Shown: positions 48,657 to 58,679, counted from the stretch's first letter. The stretch: DNA of 64,000 bases from a bacterium (GCA_021817145.1 JAKAVV010000007.1:66957-130956), one strand, 5' to 3'. Notes: generated by a model not told the origin, from the sequence alone. Numbers and translations are program-made.

Positions 48657-51600
48657 ATGAAGCGCTCTTTCCTTTTTATCTTTTGGGTTCTTTTTTTTGT
48701 ATTTCCTGTTTTTATGGCTTATGGAAAGCTGGATAGATCAGGTTTTATCTCCCCTCGCGATCTGCGCCCAGGGATGGTTGGATACGGCAAAACGGTTTTT
48801 GAAGGAACTAAAATTTCAACCTTTAAAGTTGTCGTTTTAGGGGTTATTCCGAAATTTATTTCAGGAGCAGATTTGATTCTTGTTAAAGTGGAAAGCCCTT
48901 ATCTTCTCAAAAGAGGAATTGGTCTTGTTGCTGGAATGAGCGGATCTCCTGTGTATTTTGACGGGAAATTAGCAGGGGCTGTCGCTTATGGATGGCCCTT
49001 TACAAAAGCCGCGATCGCAGGGGTTGTCCCAATTAATGCCATGCTGACCACGAATCTTCCCGAAAAAGCTCCCAATCTTGCTTATGGAGGAACCTATCAT
49101 CTTGGAAAAGCAATGAGTATTGAAGGGAAAAAGGTCAATACGATTGTGGCTCAGCTCCCTGGGGAAGGAAATCAAGAAAATTCAGAAAGTTTGCCGAATT
49201 CTTTATCACTGGTTCCATTAAGCGGAATTCTAGCTGCTTCAGGATTTAACCCATCAGGATTTGCGGCTCTTGGGAAGATTTTCCCTATGGCTGAAATTGT
49301 TCCAGGCGGGGGGAAAATGAAGATTAAAGATCCTCCTCCTGTTGAACCAGGACAGTCTGTTGGGGTTGCTTTAATGGAAGGGGACATGAATCTGATTGCA
49401 ACCGGCACTTTGACTTATCGCAGTGGATCTCGGATTTTAGCTTTTGGGCATCCTTTTCTTTTTCTTGGGAACGTGGATTTCCCAATGGTCCAAACCTACG
49501 TCCACTATATCCTTCCCAGCATGGAACTCCCTTTTAAATTTGCCTCTCCTATTCGACCTGTTGGGCAGATTGCTCAAGATAGACTGTATGGGATTGGAGG
49601 AGTTTTAGGTAAATCCGCTTCTCTTGTTCCTATTAACATTACTGTTTTTGATAAAGAGAGAAAAGTCAGAAAAGAGTTTCATGTTAGAATTATTCGATCT
49701 CCAATCTTAACTCCGAGACTGGCTACATTGGCTATCAGCCAGGCGATTCCCGCTGTCACAAAGCTGCTGGGAGGAGCGACTGCATCTGTTGATTACACGA
49801 TTCAATTTCAGGGATATCCACCAATTAGAAAGAGAAATTTACTTTTTTCTCAAGCGAGCATTTCAGCGATAACCACTTTTGACGTGCTTGATCCACTACA
49901 GAAAATTTTGGAGAATAATTTTAAAAAGGTTCATTTAGTGAAAATCAATGTGAAAGTTAATGTGAAACCAGGGATTATGGCAGCCACTATTCAAAAAGTG
50001 GTTTTAGACAGGCATACCATAAAACCAGGAGGACTCCTGGGGATAAGGGTCTGGCTGAAGCCCTATGACAAAAAAGTTGTTGAAAAGCGGTTCAGAATAA
50101 GAATCCCTGCCGATGTTCAAGGGATAGTTCAGGTTGGTATTGCTGGTGGACCTGCGAATAATTTGTTGAAAAGAAATATGAGTATTCCCCCTCCTGCTCC
50201 ATTAAATGTAAAAGAGATGATCCAGCAGGTTCAGGAGGCTCCTCCTTTTAATTCTTTGATTATTCGTCTTTCACTTCCTAGAGGGGCTCTTAATTGGAAA
50301 GGGGAGTCTTTCTCCAATTTCCCTTCTGCTTATGCCAATTTGCTGAAGGCGTCTGGCTCAGGCTCTTTAACCCTTCATTCTGACAGCTTGAAACAGGTGT
50401 ACAGGATGCCCTGGGTTATTTTAGGAAGCACAATTAAACATGTCATGATTGAAGTGAGCCCTCAGCCAAAGCTGAAGCAGACTCCTATCCCACCGGTTCA
50501 ACCCCATCCTGTTTTCTTTGATCCAGCAGATAGTTTGCATCCTCTTTTTATAGACACTTCTTATTCTGCGGCTGCTCCTCTGGTTACTAATCATAAAGTG
50601 ATCCACAATCCGCAGCAAACAGTAACAAAAAGAGTTCTCCCTCCTTTGCCATCTCTGCCTACTGCGAATTCGCTGATCCCAAGCAATTTAGTGACAGTGT
50701 CATTTGATCAGTTGCAGAACTGGCAGCAAGGAACTTTGAAGAATCTGGCTGTTTCTCCAAAAGGGGATCTTTTTGCAGCTCCTGCCGTAAAAATTCTTGG
50801 GCATTTTAAAGAAAATAACCTTTTATCCATCACTGGATTCAAGGGAGCGCAGTATGTGGGCACTGCTGATCCTGGAAGAATTTATAAAGTGGCAAATGGA
50901 AAAAAAGTTTTATTTTTTAACCCTAAAACCATGGGTGTTCTGAGCATGGCATCTCTTTCAAATGGAGATCTGCTGGCAGGCACGATGAATGGAAGGATTT
51001 TCTGGCTTAATTCAAAGGGGAAGATAATCCACTGGTATCATCTTCCCGAGAAATACATTTGGGATATTGTACCCTATCGAAAAAAGATTTATATTGCTGC
51101 TGGGAATCCAAGTGGGGTTGTTTATGAGTTAAATCTTCTTGCTCCCAGTCACCCCCCTGTTCTTCTTGCAAAAACGGAGGAATCTCATATTACAGCCATC
51201 TATCCTGAGAAACATTACCTTTATGCTGGAACAGCAAATAATGGACTGCTGCTGAGAATTTATCCGGATGGGGTGGTTCAAACTGCTGCTGATTTGAATG
51301 CTCAGGAAATTCTTTCTCTTACAGGAAATTCTGCTGGGGATCTGTATATTGGCGTTTCAGGGAATGGGATGATCTATTGTCTGAGTCCAGATGGCAGTCT
51401 GCGCCTTTTAACCCAGCTCCCATCAAAAGATATAACCTGGCTTGGAGAAAGAAAAGGAAATCTTTTTGCTGGAACAGGAATTCCAGCCAGGCTTTATGCT
51501 GTCCAATCTGATGGTTCTGTATCTCTTTTATGGGATGGCAGTCCTTCACATAAAAGCATGCCTGAGATCGGATTGAAAGGGAATAAAAGCGGAAAGGATT

Positions 51601-52574
51601 TTATTGTTTCGGGAAATTCATCATCCCTTTTCCATTTTTCAGAGAAAGAATTTAAGAAAGGAGTCTTTTTATCTCAAATTTTGGATGCGGGGAATGGTTC
51701 TTTATGGGGAAGATTACTCTGGTATGGGAAAACGCCTCCAGGCTCCAGAATTCTCGTTAAAACCAGGACAGGGAATACTCCTTTTCCTGATTCTACCTGG
51801 AGTTCGTGGTCATCCCCTTATCCATCTTCAGGGAAAACGATTCTGAGTTCGGGAAGATATTTGCAGTTTAAGGTTTCTCTTTTTAGAGATTCAGAAGGAA
51901 GATCTCCTGTGATGAAAGGAGTGCAGCTGTTTTGGAAGCCTGAAAACTTACCCCCTGTGATCAATGTTCTGCTGCCAAAATCAGGAGATGTGATTGATTC
52001 CAAGTCCCTTCTGCGAGGAACACTGCAAGATGCAGAGGGGAACACTTTATTATTTGAAATCTGGACTGAAAGAAAAGGGATAGAGAAAAAAGTTTATTCG
52101 AATCTTTTTTCCACTCCTGTAAAAGGGGTAACCCCCTTTATGATCCCATTGAGTTTTATCCATCAGAATGGAATTTTAAACTTGAAAATTCTGGTTTCCA
52201 ATTCCCCTTCTAATTTGCCTGGTAATATTTTAAAAAAAGAGATGACCATTAAAAATTTAACGTTTGATTCCACAACTCCTGAGGTTGTTTTAACTAAAAT
52301 TTATACTCGAAATCAAACCCTTCATCTCCAGGGGAAAGCGTATGATTTCGGAAGTTATGTTAAAAATATTCAGGTGCGCATGAATGAAGGCCCGTGGTTT
52401 GAGACTGTTCCTGAAAATGGAATTTTTGATTCGAAAAAAGAAAGATTTTACTTTAATTTTTCAGGGATCCCTGTTTCAACCATCAAGCAGATTCAAGTCC
52501 GAGCTTCTAATGCTGCAGGGAATCAATTTACAGTTACAAAGCAGCTCAAAGAGCTGCTGGCAAAAGGAGGATAA
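48657..52574 (+). CDS. exported SpoIVB-like S55 peptidase fused to beta-propeller and Ig/FN3-like domains
   Basis: GMVGYGKTVFEGT, AGMSGSPVY..GKL.GAVAY and AFGHPF; repeated YAGT/YIG propeller blades; TRTGNT..PD.TWS.WS and RYLQFK. Confidence 0.85.
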   Translation: MKRSFLFIFWVLFFVFPVFMAYGKLDRSGFISPRDLRPGMVGYGKTVFEGTKISTFKVVVLGVIPKFISGADLILVKVESPYLLKRGIGLVAGMSGSPVYFDGKLAGAVAYGWPFTKAAIAGVVPINAMLTTNLPEKAPNLAYGGTYHLGKAMSIEGKKVNTIVAQLPGEGNQENSESLPNSLSLVPLSGILAASGFNPSGFAALGKIFPMAEIVPGGGKMKIKDPPPVEPGQSVGVALMEGDMNLIATGTLTYRSGSRILAFGHPFLFLGNVDFPMVQTYVHYILPSMELPFKFASPIRPVGQIAQDRLYGIGGVLGKSASLVPINITVFDKERKVRKEFHVRIIRSPILTPRLATLAISQAIPAVTKLLGGATASVDYTIQFQGYPPIRKRNLLFSQASISAITTFDVLDPLQKILENNFKKVHLVKINVKVNVKPGIMAATIQKVVLDRHTIKPGGLLGIRVWLKPYDKKVVEKRFRIRIPADVQGIVQVGIAGGPANNLLKRNMSIPPPAPLNVKEMIQQVQEAPPFNSLIIRLSLPRGALNWKGESFSNFPSAYANLLKASGSGSLTLHSDSLKQVYRMPWVILGSTIKHVMIEVSPQPKLKQTPIPPVQPHPVFFDPADSLHPLFIDTSYSAAAPLVTNHKVIHNPQQTVTKRVLPPLPSLPTANSLIPSNLVTVSFDQLQNWQQGTLKNLAVSPKGDLFAAPAVKILGHFKENNLLSITGFKGAQYVGTADPGRIYKVANGKKVLFFNPKTMGVLSMASLSNGDLLAGTMNGRIFWLNSKGKIIHWYHLPEKYIWDIVPYRKKIYIAAGNPSGVVYELNLLAPSHPPVLLAKTEESHITAIYPEKHYLYAGTANNGLLLRIYPDGVVQTAADLNAQEILSLTGNSAGDLYIGVSGNGMIYCLSPDGSLRLLTQLPSKDITWLGERKGNLFAGTGIPARLYAVQSDGSVSLLWDGSPSHKSMPEIGLKGNKSGKDFIVSGNSSSLFHFSEKEFKKGVFLSQILDAGNGSLWGRLLWYGKTPPGSRILVKTRTGNTPFPDSTWSSWSSPYPSSGKTILSSGRYLQFKVSLFRDSEGRSPVMKGVQLFWKPENLPPVINVLLPKSGDVIDSKSLLRGTLQDAEGNTLLFEIWTERKGIEKKVYSNLFSTPVKGVTPFMIPLSFIHQNGILNLKILVSNSPSNLPGNILKKEMTIKNLTFDSTTPEVVLTKIYTRNQTLHLQGKAYDFGSYVKNIQVRMNEGPWFETVPENGIFDSKKERFYFNFSGIPVSTIKQIQVRASNAAGNQFTVTKQLKELLAKGG

Positions 52575-52577
52575 ACA

Positions 52578-53510
52578 ATGACTGCTTCTTTAACAGATGA
52601 AACAACAAGAATAAAAACAGTGGTGGTTTTAGGATCAGGGGCAATGGGTTCTGGAATTGCTCAGGTTCTTGCTCAAACTGGATATTCTGTCATTGTTCGT
52701 GATACAGAAGAGCGGTTTTTAAAAAAAGGGAAAGAAGGGATTGAAGACAGCCTTTCTCGACTTGTAAAAAAAGGGGCAGTGTCCTCATCTGAAAAAGAAA
52801 CGGTTTTAAATCGCCTGTTACTGACAACTGAGATTGAAAAAGTAAAAGAAGGAGATTTTATTATTGAGGCTGTAACAGAAGATCTTGAAATAAAGAAAGA
52901 ACTGTTTCGAAAGATTGATTCAGTGGCAAAACCGGGCGCGATTATTGCGACGAATACTTCCAGTCTTTCTGTAACAGAGCTGGCTCTCTGCACAAAAAGA
53001 GCGGATAAAGTTGTGGGGATGCACTTTTTTAATCCTGTGCCTGTGATGAAACTGGTAGAGGTCGTAAAGACAGCTTATACGTCTAAAGAAACGTTTCAAA
53101 TCACCTGGGACCTTGCAAAAAGAATGGGGAAAGAGCCGATTGAAGCAAAAGATACTCCAGGGTTTATTTTTAATCGTCTGATTATTCCTTATTTAAATGA
53201 AGCTTTCTGGGCTGTTTATGAAGGAGTTGGAAAAGTTGAAGATATTGATAAAGCCATGAAATTAGGTGGAAATATGCCGATTGGACCTCTGCAGCTTCTG
53301 GATCTGGTTGGTCTGGATGTGCAGCTCCATGCCTGCGAAACGTTTTATCGAGAGTTTGGAGATCCGAAATTTAGACCCTGCCCTTTAAATCGCCAAATGG
53401 TGAGAGCGGGATACTTAGGAAGAAAAGTGAAAAAAGGATTTTACGATTATACAGTTGATCCTCCAACCCCTTATTCTTTTGATTTAAGGTCATGGGGACT
53501 GCCTGCTTGA
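52578..53510 (+). CDS. hbd: 3-hydroxybutyryl/3-hydroxyacyl-CoA dehydrogenase
   Basis: GSGAMGSGIAQ, IEAVTE, TNTSS, GMHFFNP, PIGPL.L.D.VGLD. Confidence 0.9.
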   Translation: MTASLTDETTRIKTVVVLGSGAMGSGIAQVLAQTGYSVIVRDTEERFLKKGKEGIEDSLSRLVKKGAVSSSEKETVLNRLLLTTEIEKVKEGDFIIEAVTEDLEIKKELFRKIDSVAKPGAIIATNTSSLSVTELALCTKRADKVVGMHFFNPVPVMKLVEVVKTAYTSKETFQITWDLAKRMGKEPIEAKDTPGFIFNRLIIPYLNEAFWAVYEGVGKVEDIDKAMKLGGNMPIGPLQLLDLVGLDVQLHACETFYREFGDPKFRPCPLNRQMVRAGYLGRKVKKGFYDYTVDPPTPYSFDLRSWGLPA

Positions 53511-53560
53511 CCTTGCTGGATCACGGCAGACTGTTATCGTAAAAATTTACATCATAAAAT

Positions 53561-55219
53561 ATGTCAGTTGGACTTGTTCTTGGAACCAGAGAATCTTCTC
53601 CCCTTGAGTTTTGGGTCGGAGTGGAAGAAGGGGAGTATCTTCAGCTCGATGATCTGGTAACTGTTCAAACAGAAGTTCCTGGAAAAAATGAAACGGTCAC
53701 ATTTTATGGAGTAGTGGATTTTGTCGCTAAAAAATTTGAAGGGACGCAGTTTGACTCAGATACCGCTTTAGCAGTAGGCGGGGTTTTGCCTGTTACCCTT
53801 TCTCATGCAGCCCATGTGGTGGTTACCAGGATTGAACCTGAACGATACATCCCTCCCCATCCAGGAAATAAAGTTTACCGCTGCACAGGGGACCAGGTCA
53901 GCCATGGGCTTTATTTTGATAGAATGGAGAAAAAGATCCCTGTTGGATTAAGCAAAACAGGGGATCCGATTTACTTAAATTGGGAGTTTTTAAATGGAGA
54001 AAAAGGGGCTCATGTCAGTATTTCAGGGATATCGGGGATTGCCACAAAAACGACGTTTGCCACTTTTCTTTTGTACAGTTTATTTCACTCAGGAGTTTTA
54101 GGAAATGAAGCTCCTAATACCCATGCTATTATTTTCAATGTTAAAGGGGAGGATCTGCTTTTTTTAGATAGGAAAAACAAAAAGTTTTCGGAAGAAGAGA
54201 AAAAAAAGTATGAGAGATTGAATTTAAGCCTTTCCCCTTTTGAATCTGTCTCCTTCCATGCCCCTGCAAAACCTCATGAATCTCTTTTAATCCCTGCCAC
54301 AACAACAAGAACCCAGGATGTCAAACCATTTTTCTGGACATTAAGACAGGTTGCCAGAGAAAGACTGCTTGGGTATTTCTTTGAAGAAGGGGGGGAAGAC
54401 CTGGGAATGATGGAACACGCGATCTCTGTTTTAATGGAAAAGCTGTTCCAGTTAGCTCAAGATGATAAACCAGATGATACCCCTTTGGTTTCGCAGTCTG
54501 GTTCTATGATGAATTCTCTGGATGATTTGCTAAATGATTTGCGTGACCATCCGGATGACTGGTATGGTTCAACACAAGTCGCTTCTCAAACTCAAAGAGC
54601 AATTTTTAGAAGACTGAGCCAGGCTCTGCAGCATGGCGGTTCACTGGTTAGACCCCTGCCCCCTGCCAGCAAATTATCCGATTATCAAATCTCCTGGAAA
54701 GAAAAACAGTTGACTGTGATTGACCTGCATACCCTGCAGTCAGGAGCAAAAATGTTTGTGGTAGGATCTGTTTTAAAGAAAGTTTTCGAAGAAAAAGAAA
54801 AAACAGGGACTGCTCTTCCCCGCGTTTTTATTGTTGTGGATGAATTGAACAAATACGCTCCAAGAGATGGCTGGAGCCCGATTAAAAACAAACTGCTGGA
54901 TATTGCTGAAAGAGGGAGAAGTCTTGGGATTATTTTAATTGGAGCCCAGCAGACAGCCAGTGAAGTGGAGCGAAGGATCTTTGGAAATGCCGCGATTAAA
55001 GTGGCGGGAAGACTGGATGCTTCAGAAGCAGAACACTCGGAGTACGATTTTTTAACCACGACTTTCAGGAAAAGAGCGATCATGCTGAATCCAGGAACCA
55101 TGATTATCACTCAACCCGATGTTCCAACCCCTGTTTTGATCCAGACCCCTTTCCCCTTATGGGCAACTCGTCCTCAAGAAGCCGAAGTTCCTGAAGATTT
55201 GTTTGAAAAGATTTTTTAA
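53561..55219 (+). CDS. herA: HerA-family ATPase with HAS barrel (backbone copy, Deinococcus/Thermus-like)
   Basis: Variant Walker A SGISGIATKT, IFNVKGEDL, Walker B VVDELNKYAP, AERGRSLG.ILIGAQQ. Confidence 0.85.
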   Translation: MSVGLVLGTRESSPLEFWVGVEEGEYLQLDDLVTVQTEVPGKNETVTFYGVVDFVAKKFEGTQFDSDTALAVGGVLPVTLSHAAHVVVTRIEPERYIPPHPGNKVYRCTGDQVSHGLYFDRMEKKIPVGLSKTGDPIYLNWEFLNGEKGAHVSISGISGIATKTTFATFLLYSLFHSGVLGNEAPNTHAIIFNVKGEDLLFLDRKNKKFSEEEKKKYERLNLSLSPFESVSFHAPAKPHESLLIPATTTRTQDVKPFFWTLRQVARERLLGYFFEEGGEDLGMMEHAISVLMEKLFQLAQDDKPDDTPLVSQSGSMMNSLDDLLNDLRDHPDDWYGSTQVASQTQRAIFRRLSQALQHGGSLVRPLPPASKLSDYQISWKEKQLTVIDLHTLQSGAKMFVVGSVLKKVFEEKEKTGTALPRVFIVVDELNKYAPRDGWSPIKNKLLDIAERGRSLGIILIGAQQTASEVERRIFGNAAIKVAGRLDASEAEHSEYDFLTTTFRKRAIMLNPGTMIITQPDVPTPVLIQTPFPLWATRPQEAEVPEDLFEKIF

Positions 55220-55314
55220 GGGAATTTGAAAGGTTTTTAAAAGAAGGACACATAATATTTGGGAAAAGGATTTTATCTTTAAATGAAATTACTGAATGGA
55301 AAGGAGTAACAATC

Positions 55315-55530
55315 ATGGACGCTAGTGTGCCCTCCTGTAGGATGCCTGAAACTTGGTGCGGTTATAACTGCGATGCGCAATGCCTGCATTGTTGCCCTAT
55401 ACATGGCTGTTGTGATCATTGTAATGATGCTTGCATGTGTCGTTTGGGCAATTGCTGCTCAGGAATACCTCCAGGAACCATACACTCAACTGCAACTTCC
55501 TGTCGAAACAGCTGTCTTTGCCCTGATTAG
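55315..55530 (+). CDS. small cysteine-rich metallothionein-like peptide
   Basis: AAGGAG RBS. 71 aa with 16 Cys and 4 His in CC, CxC and CxxC clusters. Confidence 0.6.
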   Translation: MDASVPSCRMPETWCGYNCDAQCLHCCPIHGCCDHCNDACMCRLGNCCSGIPPGTIHSTATSCRNSCLCPD

Positions 55531-55650
55531 AGCGTCTCCTGTTTAATTCAAAACTGCATGTTCTGCATCTTTCTCTTTTTCTTGTTTAAAGTTTCAGAAG
55601 GATTTAATCCTTTTTTGACAAAATTTTCGGGGTAGGATCTAGGAGGTGAT

Positions 55651-56616
55651 TTGGGGATCAGAACTCTCGATCTTTTTGCAGGGTGTGGTGGGAGCAGTCA
55701 GGGTGCCCGCTATGCAGGGTGTGAGATTGTTTCAGCCATTGATAAATGGAAACTGGCTGAGACTACTTTTAAGGATAATTTCCCAAAAACGCGTTTTTAC
55801 TGTGAGGAGATGGACTCCTTTACTTCAAAGCGGATACGCGCCGAGTTTAATAACATTGATTTGATTCTGGCGTCTCCTGAGTGTACAAATCATACCTGTG
55901 CTAAAGGAGGTGTTCGACGCTCTGAGGATATACGCTCTGAGGATAGCAGAAAGACGGCATTTCACGTTCTTAAGTTCGCCAAAGAGTTAATGCCTCGCTG
56001 GATTGTTATCGAAAATGTAACCCAGATGAGATCATGGTCCAGATATGCCGAATTTATCGAGAGTTTGCGCAGGGCGGGATCGGGGTATCAGGTCCGTGAG
56101 CAGGTTCTAAATTCGGCCGATTTCGGTGTGCCGCAGCGGAGGGTACGCCTGTTCATCCTTTGTGATCGAAAAAGAAAACCTCCTGAGGTGTTGCCGACTA
56201 GAAGAAGATGGGTCCCTATTGGTAAGTTTCTTGAAATGAACGGGAAATATTCATTAACGCCGCTTTATAGTAAGGGGCGTGCTGAGCGTACTATAGAACG
56301 TGCGAGACGAGCCATTAAGGAGCTCGAGAGAGATACACCCTTTCTCATTGTGTATTACGGCAACGATTCAGCGGGTGGCTGGCAGAGGCTGGATGCCCCG
56401 CTTCGCACGATTACGACGCTGGATCGTTTTGCCCTTGTCAGAAAGGAGGGTCGGTACTTAATGAGAATGCTGCAGGTTCCGGAACTGCAGGCTGCCATGG
56501 GATTTCCTGACAATTACAAATTTGAATTTGGGAGCAGGAGAGAAAAAATTCACTTACTGGGCAACGCCGTCTGTCCACCTGTTATGAAGGCGGTTGTTTC
56601 TCGCCTTACACATTGA
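55651..56616 (+). CDS. DNA (cytosine-5)-methyltransferase
   Basis: Motif I DLFAGCGG, motif IV SPEC, motif VI ENV, motif VIII PQRRVRL, motif X LGNAV. AGGAGGT RBS. Confidence 0.94.
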   Translation: MGIRTLDLFAGCGGSSQGARYAGCEIVSAIDKWKLAETTFKDNFPKTRFYCEEMDSFTSKRIRAEFNNIDLILASPECTNHTCAKGGVRRSEDIRSEDSRKTAFHVLKFAKELMPRWIVIENVTQMRSWSRYAEFIESLRRAGSGYQVREQVLNSADFGVPQRRVRLFILCDRKRKPPEVLPTRRRWVPIGKFLEMNGKYSLTPLYSKGRAERTIERARRAIKELERDTPFLIVYYGNDSAGGWQRLDAPLRTITTLDRFALVRKEGRYLMRMLQVPELQAAMGFPDNYKFEFGSRREKIHLLGNAVCPPVMKAVVSRLTH

Positions 56617-57305
56617 GGCAACTGGACGAGGCTAAGCTCAGGTTTTTCACCAGGAAATTGCTGGCCTGGTCCAGAGACAATCTTCGTAGCTATCCCTGGC
56701 GGAGAACCCGTAGTCCGTATCGCGTACTTATTGCGGAGCTCATGCTTCGGAGGACGCGGGCAGATCAGGTATTACCAGTCTATCGCCTTTTCATGCGTCG
56801 GTTTCCAACCCTGCGAGATTTCCTTGGCGGCACCGCGCAGGAGATACTAAAATTACTGAAACCGCTCGGGTTGCGCTGGAGGGCCAGGAATTTTATTTCC
56901 TTGCGCGATTATCTTGAAAAACATTCTATAAAGGTGTTGCCTCTCGAGTATCGCCTGCTGACGGCAATGCCCGGCATCGGCGATTATGTGGCCCGTGCCT
57001 TGCTTTGTTTTACAGGTGAATCGCCCGTTTACTTAGTGGACGTGAACGTAATCAGGCTTGTATGTAGATTCTTTGGATACCAAAATAATCCGGAACTCAG
57101 ACGGCGGAAATGGTTCCGTGAAATCATGGAGGCTTTGACCCTGCGGAAAAGGTGCCGCGAGTTTGTGCAGGTGACTCTGGATTTACCTGCCACGGTTTGC
57201 TTACCGAAAAAGCCAAAATGTGGGATATGTCCCTTGTTCCGGCGATGCTCTTATGGAGCTATGCTGTCGGTACCGCCGGATAACATGGGAAAGACCATTC
57301 TTTAA
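56613..57305 (+). CDS. HhH-GPD glycosylase, Mig-type T:G mismatch thymine DNA glycosylase with 4Fe-4S motif
   Basis: YPWR...PY..LIAELMLRRT (LRRT rather than MutY LQQT), PGIG.Y.A, VDVNV.R, C-x6-C-x2-C-x5-C. No MutY C-terminal domain. Confidence 0.8.
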   Translation: MRQLDEAKLRFFTRKLLAWSRDNLRSYPWRRTRSPYRVLIAELMLRRTRADQVLPVYRLFMRRFPTLRDFLGGTAQEILKLLKPLGLRWRARNFISLRDYLEKHSIKVLPLEYRLLTAMPGIGDYVARALLCFTGESPVYLVDVNVIRLVCRFFGYQNNPELRRRKWFREIMEALTLRKRCREFVQVTLDLPATVCLPKKPKCGICPLFRRCSYGAMLSVPPDNMGKTIL

Positions 57306-57574
57306 GCGTTCGATTTCCCTATGCAGACGATTATATTCCTTGCTTCCACAACCACCCAGGCCAACTTGGATACCCATAGGCAATGAAGGAATAGTCTCGT
57401 CTGAGCAGGAATGATCGTTTAAAGCGTTTAATTCAGCAGGAAATCGGGAGGCCGGGAATACCTGAATCACCCTGAATGGAACGTGACCACTCCCCGGAAA
57501 AATCAGGTCAGTTCGCCGGCGGATTCAGGAGGTTGGACGTATTCCTGGCCAAGGAAATTGGAGGGTCATAGAGG

Positions 57575-58669
57575 GTGGCAGAAAACCCGGACGCGGCTTC
57601 ACTAAAATTTGCAGACCTCCTTTCCCAGAGGAAGTGGGAGAGTTATGAGCAATTTGTCTCCGAGGCGCCCGGATTCTATCAACAGGAACTCGAAGAGGAC
57701 ATCAAGCGCGAAGAAGGTCTGCGCGAAAAGATCAGGAAAGACCTTCTCCTTCACAAGTTCGAAGTAAAGAGCTACCGCGATCAGCTTGGTGAGGCAGAGA
57801 AGCTTCTTTTCTCAGGACGTGTTATAGCCATAGACGGGACCGTCTCAAAATTTAAAACCCTCTCAGGCCTGCGCTGCCAGATCGGCGTGGTGGCGGTAAA
57901 CTACTTCAATGATATGGTAAGGAAAGCTTACTTCATCTCAGAAGCCAGCCTCCGCAATGAGGAAAGCGAAGTCCTGGAAATCATCAAGAACCGCGAACAG
58001 CGCAATCGTCTCCTCTCTGACATGGTGGTCAGGGCACTTATGCTTTACCGCGAAAGGGAAGTTGCCATGAGGTCCGAGTATCTGGAAAGTTTCAGAATGC
58101 TGCACGGCCCTCTCCTTCCATTTGAGCTCATGACAGGCCTCGGACGCTTAAGGGCCCTGGAAGCAACGCTGGGGATACTCCAGTCGGTGGCAGCCGATCC
58201 AAAGTGCTTCAGCATTATTTCGGCCTCCACCCACGATGACTACCTGACGCTCGGGATGGCTCTTGAGCCGGGCGAATATATGCGGGACCCGAATTTCTCG
58301 CTCGGAGATGAGATAGCAGAAAACAAGGACTTCATGGTGGCTGAAAAATGGCGAGAATCTGAATTCGAAAGAGTAAAGGGTTTCTTGAGGACATTCGCTG
58401 ATAAGATTCACATAGGAATAATCCGGGTGTCCGGACACCCTTACGTGTTTTACGCCCACAAGGACACGTTTGATCTTGCAGTAGCCATTATCGCAAGAGA
58501 CTCCTTGCTCCAGAAGGAAAAAGGCTTCCCGTTGCTGGTGGACTATGCAGACACACTTTGCTCCGAATTCTTCCCTCCAGGGGACTTCACCGGTCAACTT
58601 TTATACAAACTTGCACAGGAAGGACACTTCCTTTCCGAAATAAGTGAAAGGGCTTTGCGTCAAAAATAA
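57575..58669 (+). CDS. divergent NurA-like nuclease
   Basis: VIAIDGT first acidic motif, YRERE, MLHGPL, C-terminal GFP.LVDYAD..C. Directly upstream of a HerA gene. Confidence 0.7.
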   Translation: MAENPDAASLKFADLLSQRKWESYEQFVSEAPGFYQQELEEDIKREEGLREKIRKDLLLHKFEVKSYRDQLGEAEKLLFSGRVIAIDGTVSKFKTLSGLRCQIGVVAVNYFNDMVRKAYFISEASLRNEESEVLEIIKNREQRNRLLSDMVVRALMLYREREVAMRSEYLESFRMLHGPLLPFELMTGLGRLRALEATLGILQSVAADPKCFSIISASTHDDYLTLGMALEPGEYMRDPNFSLGDEIAENKDFMVAEKWRESEFERVKGFLRTFADKIHIGIIRVSGHPYVFYAHKDTFDLAVAIIARDSLLQKEKGFPLLVDYADTLCSEFFPPGDFTGQLLYKLAQEGHFLSEISERALRQK

Positions 58670-58679
58670 GGAGGACTTC

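Noticed and set aside
55325..55546. Hydrophobic 73-aa ORF overlapping the Cys-rich peptide
   Set aside because: GTG start without a well-spaced RBS. The Cys-rich frame has an ATG preceded by AAGGAG.
56613..57305. Annotation as mutY
   Set aside because: It has LRRT instead of LQQT, lacks the C-terminal MutT-like domain, and is coupled to a C5 methylase, which fits a Mig-type enzyme better.
57201..57574. Minus-strand 89-aa ORF and short plus-strand frames between the glycosylase and nurA-like genes
   Set aside because: No recognisable motif or RBS, and it overlaps the glycosylase gene. It may be a junction scar, but I cannot support a call.
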